Positions 60,227-64,000 of a stretch of DNA of 64,000 bases are shown here, in pieces. Below the pieces are notes generated by a model. That model ran no database searches. It was not told where the DNA came from and saw nothing but the letters and a program-made list of their open reading frames with translations. Made by a program: the position numbers and the translations under genes. Each line of letters begins with the position of its first letter. Within the stretch, counting starts at the first letter, position 1. Origin of the DNA: an uncultured Candidatus Saccharibacteria bacterium (lineage in GTDB: Bacteria > Patescibacteriota > Minisyncoccia > Phycocordibacterales > UBA2100); contig CAYYEX010000005.1 of NCBI GenBank assembly GCA_964471165.1, positions 42,593 to 106,592 on the forward strand. The letters run 5' to 3'.

Positions 60227-61249
60227 CTAGCCCAGGCCGAGTCCATGGCCCTGTTGTTCCAGCAGCGCGATCACGTAGGCGTCCGGCAACATGTTGCCCG
60301 GCGTCACCGTAGTCGAATCCGACTGGCTGATTGACAGCGTGTTGGTGTGCGCGTGGAAGTAATCGCCGCTCTGCTCGCTCCCCTGCTCAAGGATATCGAG
60401 CGAGAAGCTCTGGCCCACTGCTTGGCGCCCGAAGATGTCGCTGTACTGCACATTCGACGCCGTGCGAACGACCTGATTCACGCCGTCGCTCGAGTTGTTG
60501 CCGATTGCGAAGTGGAACGAGTCGGTCGAGACGTCGCTGGACGTGGAAGCGCTCATTGACGCGAGCACCGTATTCACCTGCAGACTGGCGCCTTCGTGCG
60601 TTTCGCCGTGGTAGACGTCGTTCACGATGTTGCCGATTTGCACATGGCTGTTCTGCCCCGACGTGTCGAGGAAGTGGAACGTGTCGGAGGTACCCCACGG
60701 CGTTTCGGTGCGAACACCTTCCGCGACGTAGGTGTGGTTCCAGCCGGACGAGAAGTTGAAGTCCTGTCCGTTGTACCAGTTGCCGGCGCCCTCGGAAATT
60801 GTGATGCGGAACGCGGTCGTGTGCGAGAACGGCGTGAACCGTTCCACAGTCTGCAGCGCGAAGCTGCTGAAGTCGTAGTGACCGCCCGAACCCCAGGCAT
60901 TCTGCCAAAAGTCGGAGTTATAGTAGTTCGCGCTTTCGCTGTGACGCACTTCAACAACCGGCATCCACCAGCTGTACGCCATCGGAACCGGCGATGACGA
61001 ACTGATGCCGGTCATCGCCTTGTCCCCCATGCCGATATACGGCACGGGAACATTGGCTGAAGGCACGAGCGGCGGAGCGCCATACGTGCCGAAGCCCATG
61101 TAGTCGAGATCGAGCACGTTGCCGAACCCAAATTCGTCATTCTGGTATCCGAATCCGCGCTTTCCGTATCGCATGTGGTCTCTCCCCTTGGATATACGTC
61201 CCCGTTGGACGCTACCGGGAATAGTATCACAATAGGACACGCTTGTCAA
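60227..61249 (-). CDS. Hypothetical Gly/Ser/Thr/Asn- and aromatic-rich protein, no signal peptide
   Basis: 340-aa ORF (likely start MRYGKRGFGY, 61174); the GC-rich region gives multi-frame shadow ORFs; GFGY/GFG N-terminus and GHGLGLG C-terminus; no known signature. Confidence 0.45.
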   Translation of the reverse strand: MTSVSYCDTIPGSVQRGRISKGRDHMRYGKRGFGYQNDEFGFGNVLDLDYMGFGTYGAPPLVPSANVPVPYIGMGDKAMTGISSSSPVPMAYSWWMPVVEVRHSESANYYNSDFWQNAWGSGGHYDFSSFALQTVERFTPFSHTTAFRITISEGAGNWYNGQDFNFSSGWNHTYVAEGVRTETPWGTSDTFHFLDTSGQNSHVQIGNIVNDVYHGETHEGASLQVNTVLASMSASTSSDVSTDSFHFAIGNNSSDGVNQVVRTASNVQYSDIFGRQAVGQSFSLDILEQGSEQSGDYFHAHTNTLSISQSDSTTVTPGNMLPDAYVIALLEQQGHGLGLG

Positions 61250-61277
61250 TGCGTGTCAAGGCTAAAATAGCCCGTGT

Positions 61278-61883
61278 TTAAGCCCTTGTTTGACGCTTTG
61301 CTTTTGCAATGTGGTAGCGCTTCCACCAGCGAAATGGATGCGGAAGACCGAGTCTAAGGAATGTTCGGTTCACAAACATAATAACGGGTGAGAGATGTCG
61401 CGATACTTGCCCACTGCTAAACGGAGCCTCCCGAAGCATTTGTATCCACTCTGGTGAAAGACCGTGTTCTTGAGCCCCATTTATGAGTAAGTTCATATAA
61501 CGAAGCGAAGGGTGCAAACCGGCAGACACATTTTTAGTCGCAAACGTGTGTGCTTCTACTGTGCCACTGACCTCACCCTCTACATTGGAAGTCACAATGT
61601 CGTACGCGCCATTGCCTTCTGACTTATCTAAGCGAACCATTTCCTCGCCAGTGATTTCGTAGAGCACGCCCTCGATATACTCCCCTGGAGCTTCCTCGAT
61701 ATTTGCAAACGATGGTTCGAGCCATGGTATTCCTGGCTGATTAAATACGAGCTTATATTCCTTGAGGACAGCACGCTCAATTTTGGTGGGTTTCATACTG
61801 CGGCGACCCTGAAAGACCTGCGAGTTCATGTTTGAACCGTATCCGAAATAGTAATATTTTGCGTCTTTGGGAAATTCGCGCAT
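61278..61883 (-). CDS. Gamma-glutamyl cyclotransferase-like (AIG2/GGCT fold) protein
   Basis: N-terminal YYFGYGSNMN (YGSNM signature of the GGCT/AIG2 family); 201 aa. Confidence 0.7.
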   Translation of the reverse strand: MREFPKDAKYYYFGYGSNMNSQVFQGRRSMKPTKIERAVLKEYKLVFNQPGIPWLEPSFANIEEAPGEYIEGVLYEITGEEMVRLDKSEGNGAYDIVTSNVEGEVSGTVEAHTFATKNVSAGLHPSLRYMNLLINGAQEHGLSPEWIQMLREAPFSSGQVSRHLSPVIMFVNRTFLRLGLPHPFRWWKRYHIAKAKRQTRA

Positions 61884-61997
61884 GCAATCAGAATAGCATT
61901 CTGTACGTCGCGCCAGTCTTTGTGCAAATGAATACGCAGTAATTGTTGATACAACTTCATCGCAATTGGCGGCGAATCATGATGTACTTACGGATGT

Positions 61998-62933
61998 ATG
62001 AATGTACCAGGACTTCATCACGTAACCGCAATCACGGCGGCCCCACAAAAAAATATCGACTTCTATACGGGTGTGCTCGGACTTCGGTTGGTAAAAGTCA
62101 CCATCAACTTTGACGACCCGCGTGCGTACCATCTCTACTACGGCGATGCCGCAGGAAATCCTGGTACGATTCTCACTTTTTTTGCCTGGCCGAATGCACG
62201 CAAGGGACAAAGCGGTGTGGGTGAGGTATCAACCATATCCTTCGCGATTCCCGCTAAGGCTCTCGAATTTTGGGAAGTGCGACTGACTGAATGCGATGTT
62301 CCCTTCGAAAAGAAAGTTGTGTTCACACGGCAACGCCTTGCGTTCAAAGACCCCGACGGCATCGAGCTCGAGCTCGTCGAGGAAACGACTGCCATAGTCT
62401 CGAAACCCTGGGTACGCGGCCCTCTTACGGAGGGAACAGCAATACTGGGATTCTACGGCGTGACGCTCTGCGAGGACAGTCTCGCACTCACGAGAAAGTT
62501 ACTTATAGAAAAGCTCGCGTACCGTGAGATTGCAACGGAAAATGGTATCTACTACTTTCAAGGCATTGCGCATGAGCCCGGCGCCTCTCTTTTAATCCGG
62601 ATTGCTCCGGACCTCACGCGTGCTCTGATAGCGGCAGGCAGTGTTCATCACATCGCGTTCCGTGCCCGCACCGATGCCGACGAACTTTCGTTGCGCAGTG
62701 AACTTCTCGCGAGCGGCATCGATGCCACGCCTGTTATTGATCGTACCTATTTTCACTCGGTGTACTTCCATGAGCCCGGCGGGATTCTTTTTGAAATCGC
62801 GACAGACACACCTGGATTCACGGTAGACGAACCCCTCGATGCGCTCGGTACATCATTGAGATTGCCGCCACAATTCGAAGCACATCGAAGCATAATTGAA
62901 GAATCTTTATTACCTTTAAAGCTTCCTCTATGA
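61998..62933 (+). CDS. Two-domain VOC-family ring-cleaving dioxygenase (MhqO/YfiE-like)
   Basis: Tandem glyoxalase/bleomycin-resistance/dioxygenase modules (GLHHVTAITAAPQKNIDFYTGVLGLRL...; second half HHIAFRARTD...); 311 aa. Confidence 0.8.
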   Translation: MNVPGLHHVTAITAAPQKNIDFYTGVLGLRLVKVTINFDDPRAYHLYYGDAAGNPGTILTFFAWPNARKGQSGVGEVSTISFAIPAKALEFWEVRLTECDVPFEKKVVFTRQRLAFKDPDGIELELVEETTAIVSKPWVRGPLTEGTAILGFYGVTLCEDSLALTRKLLIEKLAYREIATENGIYYFQGIAHEPGASLLIRIAPDLTRALIAAGSVHHIAFRARTDADELSLRSELLASGIDATPVIDRTYFHSVYFHEPGGILFEIATDTPGFTVDEPLDALGTSLRLPPQFEAHRSIIEESLLPLKLPL

Positions 62934-63553
62934 CGTTCAACAGCCTTGGCGGTTTCGTCTTTGAATTTGTACAAAAGACCGGACCGAGGACCCTTTTACT
63001 TTTGCATGGCACAGGGGGCAGTGAAGTCGAAATCCTCAAACTTGGAGAAAAACTTGATGAAAACGCCTGCCTGATTGCTCCGCGGGGTAAAGTGCGCGAA
63101 GAAGGCATGAACCGTTTTTTTGAGCGCAACGCACCAGGAATGTTTAATCGCGCAGATTTGAAACAGCGTACAGAAGAATTGAGTCAATTTATTATTGAAA
63201 TGGAAGGTCGCTTTAGCGCACCGTCTGGCTCGCTTGTTGGAGTCGGCTACTCAAATGGTGCCAACATCCTGTTGCACATGCACTGTCTTTACCCAAATCG
63301 TCTGCGTGCGGCGATTCTATTTCGTCCCATGATGGCAGCCCTTGCGGATGATCCGCCGACATTTAGTCGACAACCAATATTAATCAGCGCAGGAGCAAAC
63401 GACATGATGGTGCCCGATGGAGACGCGGAGCAACTCGCAGCGCTGTTGGAAGAATCCGGCGCTGACGTGACCCTCAATATTACAAACAGTGGCCATGCTA
63501 TTACCTCCGAGGACATCAGTGCCGCTCGCGAGTGGCTAAACACGAATACATGA
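62930..63553 (+). CDS. Phospholipase/carboxylesterase family alpha/beta hydrolase (MhqD-like)
   Basis: HGTGGSE oxyanion region; nucleophile elbow GYSNG; 207 aa; 4-nt overlap with the dioxygenase gene. Confidence 0.75.
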   Translation: MTFNSLGGFVFEFVQKTGPRTLLLLHGTGGSEVEILKLGEKLDENACLIAPRGKVREEGMNRFFERNAPGMFNRADLKQRTEELSQFIIEMEGRFSAPSGSLVGVGYSNGANILLHMHCLYPNRLRAAILFRPMMAALADDPPTFSRQPILISAGANDMMVPDGDAEQLAALLEESGADVTLNITNSGHAITSEDISAAREWLNTNT

Positions 63554-63582
63554 TTCATCCCCATTCGAGGACGATAGTTTAT

Positions 63583-63990
63583 TTATTTATCTCTGTGTTG
63601 TGCAAAGTCCATGAGGAGCTGCGACAGAGCGCTTGCGTCGACTGGCTTTGTCATGTGCGAGTCAAAACCGGCTTCTAGAGCGCGAGATTTATCAGCTGCC
63701 TGACCCCATCCAGTAATTGCCACTAACTTTATTCTTTTACCGTGATTATTAGTCCGGATTAGCCTCGCCGCCTCATATCCATTCATATTAGGCATGCCGA
63801 TGTCGAGCAAAACGAAATCGGGATTAAAGCGCGTGACTTCTCGGACCGCCTCCAATCCATCGGACGCAGTTGCAACTTCGTTGCCCCGCAGACGAAGCAT
63901 CGTCGAGAGTGTGGTGAGAGCGTCTTTATTGTCATCTGCAATGAGAATGCGCAACGAGCCCACACTCGCCGCACGAGCTGGTGTCTGCAC
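63583..63990 (-). CDS. Stand-alone response-regulator receiver (CheY-like) protein
   Basis: LRILIADDN...FVLLDIGMPNMNGYE...KLVAITGW...TKP: the acidic pocket, phospho-acceptor Asp, Thr and Lys are all present; 135 aa. Confidence 0.8.
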   Translation of the reverse strand: MQTPARAASVGSLRILIADDNKDALTTLSTMLRLRGNEVATASDGLEAVREVTRFNPDFVLLDIGMPNMNGYEAARLIRTNNHGKRIKLVAITGWGQAADKSRALEAGFDSHMTKPVDASALSQLLMDFAQHRDK

Positions 63991-64000
63991 CGCGAGGTCA

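Noticed and set aside
60331-60997. Four 110-173-aa ORFs in alternating frames and strands
   Set aside because: All overlap the 340-aa hypothetical gene in a GC-rich stretch; treated as frame shadows, although the true coding frame and strand here are uncertain.

Overview
This 64-kb window is gene-dense (about 70 CDS, mid-50s %GC, many 4-nt start/stop overlaps) and comes from a bacterium with a compact housekeeping-rich genome. It may be Patescibacteria/CPR-like, but that lineage call is tentative. I found no tRNA, rRNA, CRISPR array or transposase. Recognisable content: six aminoacyl-tRNA synthetases (trpS, archaeal-type aspS, gltX, cysS, leuS), cell-envelope genes (scpAB, a D-Ala-D-Ala carboxypeptidase, mraY, ftsW, murG, M23 and S41 peptidases, a 3D-domain protein), purB, purL, ahcY, ychF, rpmA, rplI, and a complete F1Fo ATP synthase operon on the minus strand. 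Items that stand out: (1) a tightly packed cassette at 300-6784 of a HisC-like aminotransferase, a PaaK-like adenylate-forming enzyme, an E1/ThiF-like protein with a degenerate Gly loop, a tandem-nitroreductase (SagB-like) protein and a 7TM histidine kinase. This is TOMM-like but lacks YcaO. (2) LeuRS carries an inserted, canonical NUDIX domain. (3) The atp operon is split between atpG and atpD by a NUDIX / Ham1(RdgB) / NUDIX trio. (4) A HIT protein and four NUDIX domains fall within 64 kb. (5) Two tandem paralogous single-pass mini-proteins share a duplicated upstream element. (6) An 18-nt promoter motif (TATCTCAYRGGGTATAnT) recurs in inverted pairs immediately upstream of leaderless genes. 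(7) TAGG-based heptad repeats recur at three intergenic loci. (8) The leader upstream of an MFS transporter has mutually exclusive terminator/antiterminator helices, making it a riboswitch or attenuator candidate. (9) A 490-nt noncoding gap. (10) A CorA homolog lacks the GMN motif. (11) ATP synthase epsilon and delta are truncated. Several strong bidirectional intrinsic terminators are visible.
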